This document shows positions 30,514 through 38,169 of a DNA stretch of 64,000 nt, piece by piece. Made by a program: the position numbers and the translations under genes. Source of the stretch: an uncultured Acidimicrobiia bacterium (lineage in GTDB: Bacteria; Actinomycetota; Acidimicrobiia; IMCC26256; JAENVU01); NCBI GenBank assembly GCA_963770105.1, contig CAVYOL010000002.1:832646-896645 (forward strand), given 5' to 3'. Position 1 is the stretch's first letter, and each line of letters starts with the position of its first letter. The notes beneath the pieces are model-generated. The model searched no databases. It was not told where the DNA came from and was given only the letters and a program-made list of their open reading frames with translations.

Positions 30514-31656
30514 GTGCACGTGAAGCAAAGCCGTACCTCGAGCACATGGATGGCCAAGGTCGGAGGAGTCCTCGTGGCGGCGTTGCTGCTCACGCCGTTG
30601 CTGGGCCTCGCACAGGCGGGCGCCGCGGTCGCGCCGCTGGGATCGCGCGCCGGGATCAGTGGCGGTTCGGTCGTGCTGTGGGAGACCGACAACGAGCGCA
30701 TCGTCGAGCTCAACCAGATCGCCTCCAGTGGCGCCGGCTGGTTCGCCACGGACATCGACTGGGCGTCGATCGAGACGTCGCGTGGCAACTACAACTGGTC
30801 CGCGACGGACCGGGTCGTCCTCGAGGCGCACTCGCGCGGGTTGAAGGTCCTCGGGATCATCGCCTACTCGCCCAAGTGGGCCCGCGGCCCGGACTGCCCG
30901 GCCGGCACCACGCACTGCCTGCCGGCCCGGGCCGAGGACTACGCCGCGTTCGCCAAGGTGGTCGCGGCTCGCTACGGCAACTTCTCGTCGAACCCGGTGC
31001 TGCGGGGGTCGGTCCAGGCGTGGCAGGTGTGGAACGAGCCGAACCACTACCCGTTCGTCCAGAAGGTCAACGTCCCGCTCTACACGTTGATGCTGAAGCA
31101 GAGCTTCCTCGCCATCAAGAGCGTGGACTGGGCCGCGAGCGTCGTGGCCGGGGGGTCTTCACCCGCGCCGGACGACCCGGGGGGCAAGGACATGTCTCCG
31201 GCGAGCTTCCTGAGCGCGATCTACCTCTGGGGCGGGAAGGGCTACTTCGACGCCTGGGGTCACCACCCCTACTCGTTCCCGTGCAGTCCGGGGACGGTCG
31301 CGAGCTGGAACGCCTTCCAACAGACGCTCTCGCTGCACTGGATCATGGGCGCGAACGGCGACGGCGCGAAGCGGATCTGGGCCACCGAGATCGGCGCGCC
31401 GACCGGTGGTGACGTCGGCACCTGTGGAGCGAACAACGGCTCCTCGGTGACGGAGCCGATGCAGGCGTTGCTGACCGCGCAGTCGATGCAGATCTGGATC
31501 AAGGACTGGAGCGCGTTCACCGGTCCGATGTTCTGGTACATGATCCGCGATGAGGGCAACAACCCGTACGTTCGTGACGACAACTTCGGGTTGTTGCGCC
31601 GGAACTTCACGTCGAAGCCCGCGTACAACGTGTTCAAGCAACAGCTGCAGGGGTAG
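30514..31656 (+). CDS. secreted clan GH-A glycoside hydrolase (GH5-like)
   Basis: GTG 30514 follows GGAGGGG; GTG 30520 and ATG 30550 are alternative starts. It has a signal peptide, the acid/base motif VWNEPN and the nucleophile region IWATEIGAP. Confidence 0.75.
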   Translation: MHVKQSRTSSTWMAKVGGVLVAALLLTPLLGLAQAGAAVAPLGSRAGISGGSVVLWETDNERIVELNQIASSGAGWFATDIDWASIETSRGNYNWSATDRVVLEAHSRGLKVLGIIAYSPKWARGPDCPAGTTHCLPARAEDYAAFAKVVAARYGNFSSNPVLRGSVQAWQVWNEPNHYPFVQKVNVPLYTLMLKQSFLAIKSVDWAASVVAGGSSPAPDDPGGKDMSPASFLSAIYLWGGKGYFDAWGHHPYSFPCSPGTVASWNAFQQTLSLHWIMGANGDGAKRIWATEIGAPTGGDVGTCGANNGSSVTEPMQALLTAQSMQIWIKDWSAFTGPMFWYMIRDEGNNPYVRDDNFGLLRRNFTSKPAYNVFKQQLQG

Positions 31657-31657
31657 C

Positions 31658-33031
31658 TCAGACCTCGGCGCGGATGCGGACGATCGCGGGCTGACCCACG
31701 AGCGCCGCTACCTGCTCGAGCACGTCCTCGCGGCTCGCGCGCGGCGGCGAGCGCCTCATCGGGGTACCGGAACCATTCGAGGCTCGCGGCGGTGCGGCGC
31801 CACCGCAGCCAGCGGGCCCGCCACGCGATCCACGCCATCCCTCCGATCGGGCCCGCTGCCGCGACTGCGAGCGCAACCCGTCCGCCGAAGCGGCGATAGG
31901 CGATCGTCGTCTCGGTGGCCCACATCGTCGGGAGCAGGACAAGCCCGGTGAGGCCCTTGGCGGTCGTCTGCCAGGCCGGGTGCTTCACCTTCGCCCGGAC
32001 GAGGTGGATCGCGGGGACGATGGCCCCGTTCAACGCGATGCCGACGGCCGCGAAGGGCATGAGGATGACGCTGCCGACGGCGAGGCGGGCGAGTCGGAGC
32101 CGGATCCAGCCGGGGTGGAGGCGGGGCACCGCACGCGGGTTGTCGATGCCGAGCAACGCCAGGTCGCGTCGGTAGGCCTCGATCGCGGCGGCCAGGGCGC
32201 GGAACGCGTCGCTGTCCTCACCGCCACGCGCTTCGATCGCGGCAGCGAGCGTGCGGCTGAGCGCGCTGCGCTCGGCGAAGACCGGTTCGCGCGGTCCCGC
32301 GTCGCGCTCGCCGAGGATGGTGATGGCCGCGGCTCGATCGATCACCGCGGCTTCCTCCCATGACGCGTGGTTGAGGGTGAGCTCGTGCAGCCGCTGGGCC
32401 AGGTGGTTGGTCAGGCTGCGCACCGCGACCGGACCGTCCGCCCGGTAGCTCTCGACCCAGTCGTCGACGTCGATGGGATGGCCGACGTGGATCGCGGCCT
32501 GGGAGCGGAAGCGGCCCTTGTCGTCGTAGACGAGCCCGATCGGAACGATCGTCACGCCGGGGGTCCGGTTGTCCGCGGCCGCGCCGAGCGCGATGCGCGC
32601 GGCGCCGGTCTTCAGGGGGATCATCGCCGGCTCGAGGTGGACACCACCTTCCGGGAAGAGCGCGATGTGCGCGCCCTGCGCGAGCGCTTCGTGGCACGCG
32701 GCGAACACCTCTTCGTTGTCGCCCGCCGCGGCGCCTTCCCGGCGTCGGGAGACGGGCAGCACCGCGCGAGCCAGAACAGGAAGCGGGCGGGAGGGAAGCG
32801 CCAGAGGTCGCGGCCGGCCAGGAAGCTCGGGAGCCCGGGGAGCTTCGCGGCCATGATGACCGGATCGGCGAGGCCGTTCGTGTGGTTCGCCGCGATGATC
32901 GTCGGCTCACCTTCGACGAGTCGCGACTCGCCGGTGACGTCGACGCGTCGGAAGATCACCCGGACGACGATCCAGGCGAGGATCTTCAGGAATCGGTAGG
33001 CGGGCGGGCGTTCCGGCCCCGGTCGGCTCAC
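31658..33031 (-). pseudogene. PlsC-family (lyso)phospholipid acyltransferase with a C-terminal membrane domain, two frame breaks
   Basis: It has the acyltransferase motifs AANHTNGLAD (HX4D) and ALFPEGG. The frame changes at about 32760 (...FLFWLAR | AVLPVSRR) and about 31735 (...AAARE | EDVLEQVAALVGQPAIVRIRAEV). The stop is at 31658-31660. Confidence 0.8.
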
Positions 33032-33141
33032 GATCCGGACGGTATCGCCTCCGCGTGTCCGCTCGATGCGCGAGCCATGGTGGCGCGGCCCGAGGAATGG
33101 ACCCGACGTGCAATATTGTCGCTTCGATTCGAAGGAGGACG

Positions 33142-33969
33142 ATGCCTGCTCGCACCCGTCGAGGACCGACGATCACGTCACGGGCCCTGCGAACGGGCGC
33201 AATGCTGGGACTGCTGGTGGTCGTGGTCGCGGCGTGCTCCAGCAGCGGGTCCAGCGGGACCGCGTCGTCGGTGACGAAGCCCGTCGGCCGGCCGTTGATG
33301 GGAACCCACTGGGTGTTGAGCGGTGACACGGAGCTCGGGGTGTCGACGGCCGGAGTGTCCGTCACCGCCGTCTTCAAGGCGGGGATCTTGACCGGGAGCA
33401 GCGGCTGCAACGGGTACAGCACCCCGTACCAGCTCAACGGCTCCAAGCTGACGATCAGCTCACAGATCCGGGGCACGCTGGTCGGCTGCCCGCCGGGCCC
33501 CACCGCGGTCGAGCAGGCCTACCGGGCGCGCCTGCCGCAGGTGAAGTCCTACGAGATCACGGGGCAGACCCTCACGCTGTTCGGCTCCAAGGGGACGACG
33601 TTGCTCGTCTACGACGCGACCGACGGCGCTTCGGCGATCGTCGGGAAGTGGACTGCGACGAGCTACTACACGGGAACCGCGATCCAGTCGGTCGAGGTCG
33701 GGTCGACGCTCACCGCGGACTTCAGGGACGGTCAGGTCTCGGGGGAGAGCGGCTGCAACAGCTTCGGCGGTCCGTACGAGGTCCAGGGCACCACGATCAA
33801 GCTGGGACCGTTCCGCTCGACGCTCAAGGCCTGCACGGATCCGGTGTTGCAGACCCAGGAGCAGAAGTACCTCGCGGCGTTGGGGCTCGCGGCGAGCTAC
33901 GAGGTGACGGCCACGACCCTGCAGCTCTTCCGGGCCGACGGCGGCATCGCGGCAACCTTCGACAAGTGA
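33142..33969 (+). CDS. lipoprotein with two META (HslJ-like) domains
   Basis: ATG 33142 follows GAAGGAGGA. It has a lipobox (VVAACSS). Two copies of the pattern W.L/...SGCN.Y...Y...G..L......T...C suggest two META domains. Confidence 0.8.
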   Translation: MPARTRRGPTITSRALRTGAMLGLLVVVVAACSSSGSSGTASSVTKPVGRPLMGTHWVLSGDTELGVSTAGVSVTAVFKAGILTGSSGCNGYSTPYQLNGSKLTISSQIRGTLVGCPPGPTAVEQAYRARLPQVKSYEITGQTLTLFGSKGTTLLVYDATDGASAIVGKWTATSYYTGTAIQSVEVGSTLTADFRDGQVSGESGCNSFGGPYEVQGTTIKLGPFRSTLKACTDPVLQTQEQKYLAALGLAASYEVTATTLQLFRADGGIAATFDK

Positions 33970-33973
33970 CGTG

Positions 33974-33990
33974 CGGGCGCCGCGCGCCCG
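33974..33990. terminator. short GC hairpin between convergent genes (possible bidirectional terminator)
   Basis: CGGGCGC-cgc-GCGCCCG, a 7-bp stem with a 3-nt loop. It lies between the META-gene stop (33969) and the minus-strand zinc-ribbon stop (33996). There is no U tract. Confidence 0.35.
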
Positions 33991-33995
33991 AGGCA

Positions 33996-34172
33996 CTAGA
34001 GCTTGATGAGGACGCCGTTCGTGGCCTGCTCCCATGACGCGCCACACCGCGGGCACGCGAGGAGATGGGCGGGGTACGGGCCGCCCGCGTCGTCCGCCGA
34101 GAAGCTGCGAACTGACGGGAAGGCCACCGCCTCCAGCGCAATCTTGCACTCGCTGCAATCGAACTCGACCAT
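33996..34172 (-). CDS. 58-aa zinc-ribbon protein (CxxC...CxxC), unknown function
   Basis: ATG 34172 lies 7 nt after GGGAGGA. GC3 is roughly 88% in the body but only about 60% in the upstream extension of the track ORF, so I favour the short form. Cysteine pairs: CSEC...CPRC. Confidence 0.6.
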   Translation of the reverse strand: MVEFDCSECKIALEAVAFPSVRSFSADDAGGPYPAHLLACPRCGASWEQATNGVLIKL

Positions 34173-34465
34173 CTCGGCTTCCTCCCTTGCTCGTTCGCCC
34201 GGTGCTATGGCTTCGACACCCGGGTACCGACCTGAAGCCGGATCTGCCTCGACTCCGGAGAACGGCGGATATGTCCGGTTTGCAGACCGCGACATCTCGT
34301 GCGCCGAACGCACCTACGGTGGAAATCGGGCACACATCTTCATCTCCTTCTCATCAAGCCTGCGTATCTTCCCGGCGCGGGCGGAGCTGGGCATCGGTCA
34401 CCTGGGGGGCAAGCACCGCCCGTGTGCCGAACCTCGGAACGGGCTGAGCCTCAGTCGCCCGCGGA

Positions 34466-34516
34466 GCGTCTCGAGGCCCCCGCTCCACCATGCCCGGAGT
34501 GGGGGCCTCGACGCGC
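34466..34516 (-). repeat. island hairpin copy A (canonical arm on the minus strand)
   Basis: gcgtctcgaggcccccgctcc / loop accatgccc / ggagtgggggcctcgacgcgc. The right arm reverse-complements to GCGCGTCGAGGCCCCC. The left arm carries the variant GCGTCTCGAG, which is also seen in the imperfect arm of copy G. Confidence 0.7.
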
Positions 34517-34606
34517 GCACAGGCGGACCGGGTCTCGCGTTTGTCACACGGCGGCGCGGGGTACCTGACCTGTGCTCGGCTTCCCCCCAAGCGAAGCTGA
34601 GCCACG

Positions 34607-34655
34607 GCGTTTCGAGGTCCCCGGCTTCTTGCCAGAGTCGGGGCCTCGACGCGTT
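34607..34655 (-). repeat. island hairpin copy B (canonical arm on the minus strand)
   Basis: gcgtttcgaggtccccggct / loop tcttgccag / agtcggggcctcgacgcgtt. The right arm reverse-complements to AACGCGTCGAGGCCCCGACT. The left arm has extra T residues, as does the imperfect arm of copy C. Confidence 0.7.
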
Positions 34656-34712
34656 CGGAGGACTTCACCGCCTCTCTACCTTCCGGCTACCTGCCGCTGG
34701 TACACAGTGCCC

Positions 34713-34934
34713 ATGGGCGGTGAGTGGAGCGACGTTCCGCGGTGGCGACGGCGCGTCCTGTCGGTCGCGTTGCTCGTCGTGCTTGCCGGGTGCGTGATCC
34801 TTGCGCTGGGTGGGCAGGAAGGTGGTGCGATGCTCATCGCGGGCTACGCGCTCTTGTGGTTCACGCTGATTCGGATGCTGGTTCGCGTCCCGTCTCGCTC
34901 CGAGGATGCGTCGAGGGTGATGCATCGCACGTGA
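34713..34934 (+). CDS. 73-aa two-TM peptide, unknown function
   Basis: From ATG 34713 there are two hydrophobic helices (VLSVALLVVLAGCVILAL, MLIAGYALLWFTLIRML). It lies in the lower-GC island, so codon statistics are less decisive. Confidence 0.45.
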   Translation: MGGEWSDVPRWRRRVLSVALLVVLAGCVILALGGQEGGAMLIAGYALLWFTLIRMLVRVPSRSEDASRVMHRT

Positions 34935-35190
34935 GCGACGACTCCGGCGAACGACCTCCCCGCGTCGAGACCTCCTGGATTTCGATGTTTCGCCCGGCGC
35001 GTCGGCGGGTGCAGGTGGCGCGATTGGAGGGCTGGGACCTCTCAATCTGATCGGCGGGTCGAAGATGGACACTGCTCTGGGTAGGTCGAGGCGCTCGGGC
35101 GCCGTTTCGCGGCTGGCCGGGACGATGAACGTGACCCTGTTGGTTCAACCAACGTCGGGAGGGGAAGGCTCTCGGTGCGCGCAAGCGCGT

Positions 35191-35253
35191 CGGATGCGGC
35201 GATCGGCTTGAGGCCACGGCAGACACCTGGTCTCAGGTTGTGCGCCGCATCCG
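35191..35253 (+). other. long stem-loop inside a roughly 390-nt ORF-free gap
   Basis: There is a perfect 11-bp outer stem, CGGATGCGGCG (35191-35201) paired with CGCCGCATCCG (35243-35253). It encloses a second imperfect stem, TTGAGGCCA / TGGTCTCAGG. Confidence 0.4.
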
Positions 35254-35441
35254 CTCGTTGCAAGCGAACGATTGGGAGCAGGCCGCTTTTGTTCCGCTCG
35301 GAGCGCGTCGAGGTGGGCTCGCGTCGATGTTCGATGGGCGGCCACGGCCTTCGCTTGTGCGAACGAACGCGTAGGTGGAGACTCGGCCGGCGGACGCATC
35401 CTCGCGAACGCGACCTTCAACCGAGAGCAGAGGAACACGTC

Positions 35442-35726
35442 GTGGCGATTGGCCAGATCTTGCGGTTCTCAGGTGCGACCCTCGAGAAGTACGACGCGGT
35501 TCAGGACGAGCTTGGGTGGACACCTTCGGGTGGGCGGCCCGAAGGGATCCTGGCGCACGCAGCCGGATCGACGGACGATGGATTCTGCGTGATCGAGTGG
35601 TGGACCTCCCAAGGCGCGTGGGACAAGTTCTTCGCTGAGCGTCTGATGCCTGCGTTCGAGAAGGTCGGCGGCATCCCGCAGCCCGACGTGACGCAGTTCG
35701 AGGTGCACTTCAGCGACCCGAGCTAG
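35442..35726 (+). CDS. 94-aa small alpha+beta-barrel-like (ABM/EthD-like) protein, unknown function
   Basis: The GTG start is at 35442. Its size and pattern (ILRFSGATLEKYDAVQDELGW...GFCVIEWWTSQGAWDKFF) resemble dimeric ferredoxin-like barrels. A weak hairpin, GGACCG...CGGTCC (35727-35748), directly follows the stop. Confidence 0.5.
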   Translation: MAIGQILRFSGATLEKYDAVQDELGWTPSGGRPEGILAHAAGSTDDGFCVIEWWTSQGAWDKFFAERLMPAFEKVGGIPQPDVTQFEVHFSDPS

Positions 35727-35872
35727 GGACCGCGTGACCCGACGGTCCTGATCATCCATCGTCCGGTTGGCTCCTGGGTTTCGGCGGAGGCGCGCCGAAG
35801 GCGTCGGCCGAGTGGCCGGCGGCGATCCAGGTCGGGCAGCCCGGGGGGTTGCGCCCGTCGAGGAAGTCGTTG

Positions 35873-36184
35873 ATGGTCGAGGTCACGTGCGACGACGTGG
35901 GGAGCGCGGCGTGGGTCAACCATCCCGGGCATGCCTCGGTGAGGTGCGCGATCGCGCATTCGGGGCACGGTTCGCCGGGGGCAGCAGCGGTGCGTCGCGA
36001 TGGTTCGCTGATGCTCGTTGCCGGGGTCGACACGAGCACCGGAAACGGCGCCCTGTTCCGGTTCGATCCGCACGCGATCGGGTACTCGTGTGCCCAGGCG
36101 CCGATCACCTCGATCCTCGCCCAGACCACTTCGGGGAGCGACACCGACGCGATCAGCGGTCACTTCGGCGGAGCTCCGTCCTAG
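35873..36184 (+). CDS. 103-aa hypothetical protein (low confidence)
   Basis: ATG 35873 follows GAGGAAG, and its TAG abuts the next ATG (TAGATG at 36182-36187). In a 60-nt hand sample, codon position 1 had higher GC than position 2 in this frame. The antisense ORF 35752-36144 shares the same third positions. No recognisable family. Confidence 0.3.
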   Translation: MVEVTCDDVGSAAWVNHPGHASVRCAIAHSGHGSPGAAAVRRDGSLMLVAGVDTSTGNGALFRFDPHAIGYSCAQAPITSILAQTTSGSDTDAISGHFGGAPS

Positions 36185-36448
36185 ATGGATCAGACGTGCC
36201 CGGAGTGTGACCGGCCGCTGGAGCCGCTCGACGACGCTGAGATGTTCTCGGGGACACGCCGGTTCCGCTGCCTTGAGTGCGAGATCGTCTACGAGCGCGA
36301 CGTCTCCGGCCTGCTGACCGAGACTTACCCGCCGTCGCGAGCGAGACGGGCACGCCGCAGGGTCCGCCAGATGCGGAGGATCAGCGCCGCAATGGTCCTT
36401 GACCATGCCGACTCCTTCGGGGAGGATTCAAGTTGGCAGGGAGCATGA
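36185..36448 (+). CDS. 87-aa zinc-ribbon protein with a basic tail, unknown function
   Basis: Cysteine pairs CPEC...CLEC, followed by [14 protein letters not shown]. It directly abuts the previous ORF. Confidence 0.5.
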   Translation: MDQTCPECDRPLEPLDDAEMFSGTRRFRCLECEIVYERDVSGLLTETYPPSRARRARRRVRQMRRISAAMVLDHADSFGEDSSWQGA

Positions 36449-36461
36449 TCGGGAGGGCGAC

Positions 36462-36881
36462 ATGCGGGCATCATCGGTGGAGCAATTCTTCGCGAAGGTC
36501 CCACTCTTCGCCGGGCTTCCAAAGCGCTATCTGAGGCGCCTCGGTAGTCTCGTGAGCGTCGTCGACGTCGACGCCGGTCGCGTGTTCATCCGGGAAGGTG
36601 AAGCGGGACGCGAATTCTTCGTCGTCAACTCAGGCGAGGCCGAGATCCACAAGGGCGACCAGGTGGTCGCGTTTCGGGGACCCAACGAGTTCTTCGGCGA
36701 GATCTCGCTGCTGCTCGACCGGCCGCGCACTGCGACGGTGGTGGCCCGCACCGACATGACACTCGAGGTGATCGAACGCCGGGATTTCAAGCGACTGCTC
36801 ACCGAGCACCCCGAGCTGTACGAGCCACTGCTGACGGCAACGGCCGAGAGACTCGCGACGCTCGAGCAGCTGCCGCACTAG
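36462..36881 (+). CDS. stand-alone cyclic-nucleotide-binding domain protein (no output domain)
   Basis: ATG 36462 follows GGGAGGG. LFAGLP...G...REGE.G.EFFVV..GEAEI......V...GP.EFFGEISLL.DRPRTATVVA is the canonical cNMP-binding beta-barrel with its phosphate-binding cassette. At 139 aa there is no HTH or enzymatic module. Confidence 0.8.
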   Translation: MRASSVEQFFAKVPLFAGLPKRYLRRLGSLVSVVDVDAGRVFIREGEAGREFFVVNSGEAEIHKGDQVVAFRGPNEFFGEISLLLDRPRTATVVARTDMTLEVIERRDFKRLLTEHPELYEPLLTATAERLATLEQLPH

Positions 36882-36978
36882 GTTCCGCCGTCGAGCTTCG
36901 ACGCTCCGAAGCTATCTGCCTTGAACACATCTTCAACGGCGACTGGCGTCAGCGGGCTACTTCTCGAGTTCGACGACT

Positions 36979-37023
36979 GACGCGTCGAGGCCCTGGCGCT
37001 TGGGAATACGGGGGGCCTGACGC
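36979..37023 (+). repeat. island hairpin copy H
   Basis: gacgcgtcgaggccc / loop tggcgcttgggaatacggg / gggcctgacgc. It starts 98 nt after the cNMP-gene stop. Confidence 0.6.
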
Positions 37024-37142
37024 TCATGCACTTCCCCGGGCGGTAACCAGAGAACGATGCCTTGTGAACGCCGACCGCATCGGTGTCGCCTGGGGCTAAC
37101 GTGCGCCCGCGATGAACTCGGAGCGATGCACGGGAGGGACTG

Positions 37143-37466
37143 ATGTCGTTTATCCAGATCATGCAGTTGCAAACGTCCAAGATCGACGAGGTGCGAGTAG
37201 CAGTTGACGAGTGGCAGAAGGCAACAGAAGGCAAGGCCACCGTCACACGGAGTGTCGTCAGTCAGGACCGGGACATGCCGGACCGCTATTGGGTCATGGT
37301 GTCTTTCGACTCGTATGAGGACGCGATGAAGAACTCGTCTCTCCCGGAGACGGACTTACTCTCGAAGAAGACGATCGAGCTGGCTGACGGCCCTCCCGTC
37401 TTCTTCAACCTCGACGTCATCGAGGAACGCCTTGTCGGCGATCGACGACCGGGAACGCACGCGTGA
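37143..37466 (+). CDS. 107-aa hypothetical protein (small alpha+beta-barrel-like), lowest-GC gene in the window
   Basis: ATG 37143 follows GGGAGGG. A rough hand count gives about 55% GC for 37141-37320. MSFIQIMQLQTSKIDEVRVAVDEW...YWVMVSFDSYEDAMKNS resembles ABM-like barrels. Confidence 0.55.
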   Translation: MSFIQIMQLQTSKIDEVRVAVDEWQKATEGKATVTRSVVSQDRDMPDRYWVMVSFDSYEDAMKNSSLPETDLLSKKTIELADGPPVFFNLDVIEERLVGDRRPGTHA

Positions 37467-37502
37467 CGACCTCGCATGCGGGGTTCCTGAGTTACATCCC
37501 CT

Positions 37503-37541
37503 GACGCGTCGAGTCCCCACCGGAAGCGGGGCCTCGAACGC
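37503..37541 (+). repeat. island hairpin copy C
   Basis: gacgcgtcgagtcccc / loop accggaagc / ggggcctcgaacgc. The right arm has one extra A. It starts 37 nt after the stop of ORF 37143-37466. Confidence 0.7.
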
Positions 37542-37667
37542 ATAATCGCAACGGTCCGGTGCTCCTCGTTGAGTTCCGGACTGTCCGTCTTCGTTCATAC
37601 CGCCATCGGCGCGAGCAGACCGACCTTGAGAGCAAATGTCGCAGTCGCCGGGGACGTCGCCACCCGC

Positions 37668-37718
37668 ACGCGTCGAGGCCCCGACCGGGGGGTAGCGAGG
37701 TCGGGGCCTCAAAGACGC
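37668..37718 (+). repeat. island hairpin copy D
   Basis: acgcgtcgaggccccgacc / loop ggggggtagcga / ggtcggggcctc-aaa-gacgc. There is a 3-nt bulge on the right arm. Confidence 0.7.
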
Positions 37719-37784
37719 ACGACAAGCTCCACCTGGCGAAGTGGTTTATCCCTGCCGCGACCCAAAACTAAGTGTCTGCAACCA

Positions 37785-37830
37785 GACGTGTCGAGACCCC
37801 GGCTCGGTCAGGTGAACCGGGGTCTCGCGC
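37785..37830 (+). repeat. island hairpin copy E
   Basis: gacgtgtcgagaccccgg / loop ctcggtcaggtgaa / ccggggtctcgcgc. GAGACCCC pairs with GGGGTCTC, a double compensatory change relative to GAGGCCCC/GGGGCCTC. Confidence 0.65.
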
Positions 37831-37902
37831 CTACACGCCAGACCATCTCGGGCAGAGAGGGACGGCGGCAATGGTGCTACGGGCCGAACGGAGGGCCAGA
37901 TT

Positions 37903-37957
37903 GCGCGTCGAGGCCCCGACCTCGGGCTAATGAGTGTCGGGACCCCGGATGACGCGC
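37903..37957 (+). repeat. island hairpin copy F
   Basis: gcgcgtcgaggccccgac / loop ctcgggctaatgagt / gtcgggaccccggatgacgcgc. The outer 7-bp box GCGCGTC/GACGCGC is perfect. The right arm has about 4 extra nt. Confidence 0.7.
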
Positions 37958-38072
37958 ACGCCGCTCTCGGGGGGAAAAGATGAGAGCTTGGTGTTGGGGC
38001 CGAACATACGGATGTTTGACCCTGGCGGACAGGCGCGGGCAGCCTCGTTTACAGACCGTTCACCAATGGCCG

Positions 38073-38124
38073 GACGCGTCGAGACCTCAACTCCGGGCAG
38101 GGTGGAGTCGAGGTCTCGAGACGC
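38073..38124 (+). repeat. island hairpin copy G
   Basis: gacgcgtcgagacctc / loop aactccgggcagggtggagtc / gaggtctcgagacgc. GAGACCTC pairs with GAGGTCTC (compensatory). There is a 2-nt bulge on the right arm, and the loop itself can pair (ACTCC/GGAGT). Confidence 0.7.
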
Positions 38125-38169
38125 AGGCAACGCGAGTCCTGCCCCCCAGAGGGTTCAGGACTCGCCTGC
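38123..38169 (+). other. separate stem-loop with a C-rich loop
   Basis: GCAGGC-aa-CGCGAGTCCT / loop gCCCCCCagagggttc / AGGACTCGC-CTGC. It is not a member of the GTCGAGGCCCC family. Confidence 0.4.

Noticed and set aside
34314-34343. Tiny uORF (MCARFPP, or MKMCARFPP) with an AAGGAG Shine-Dalgarno sequence, in an AT-richer patch upstream of the minus-strand zinc-ribbon gene, as a possible leader peptide
   Set aside because: A 7-9-codon ORF next to a chance SD-like hexamer is not evidence on its own. There is no obvious attenuator alternative pairing. It is worth a look only if ribosome profiling or conservation supports it.
34668-34707. Minus-strand stretch CTGTGTACCAGCGGCAGGTAGCCGGAAGGTAGAGAGGCGG, which resembles the SRP (4.5S) RNA apical region (ACCAGGUCAGGUCCGGAAGGAAGCAGCC)
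   Set aside because: The conserved AGCA/GGAA-tetraloop context is not reproduced: GGTAGAGAGG stands in place of GGAAGCAGC. I could not draw the long closing helix.
34931-35050. 39-codon ORF starting at a GTG that overlaps the stop of the 2-TM peptide gene (GTGA)
   Set aside because: It is too short and has no features apart from containing a half-copy of the island motif (RVETS = CGCGTCGAGACCTCC). It cannot be told apart from non-coding sequence.
35752-36144. 130-aa minus-strand ORF with CPEC and His-rich patches, as an alternative gene to 35873-36184(+)
   Set aside because: It shares third-codon positions with the plus-strand ORF. In the 60-nt stretch I counted, position 1 has higher GC than position 2 in the plus frame only. 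The plus ORF also has an SD sequence and abuts the next gene (TAGATG). Neither has a recognisable family, so this call is weak.
34466-38124. The hairpins read as canonical integron attC sites, making the island a CALIN or integron cassette array
   Set aside because: The canonical R-box sequences (RYYYAAC ... GTTRRRY) are absent, and no intI-type integrase is in the window. Only two ORFs are directly followed by a complete copy. Integrons are rarely if ever reported in this phylum. I keep only the structural analogy (two boxes plus a one-sided spacer) as a hypothesis to test.
37503-38169. The array of repeated hairpins read as a CRISPR array
   Set aside because: The repeat units are long (39-55 nt), palindromic and degenerate, with variable loops. 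Spacing is irregular (117-170 nt between family copies). Two copies elsewhere are inverted. No cas genes are present.
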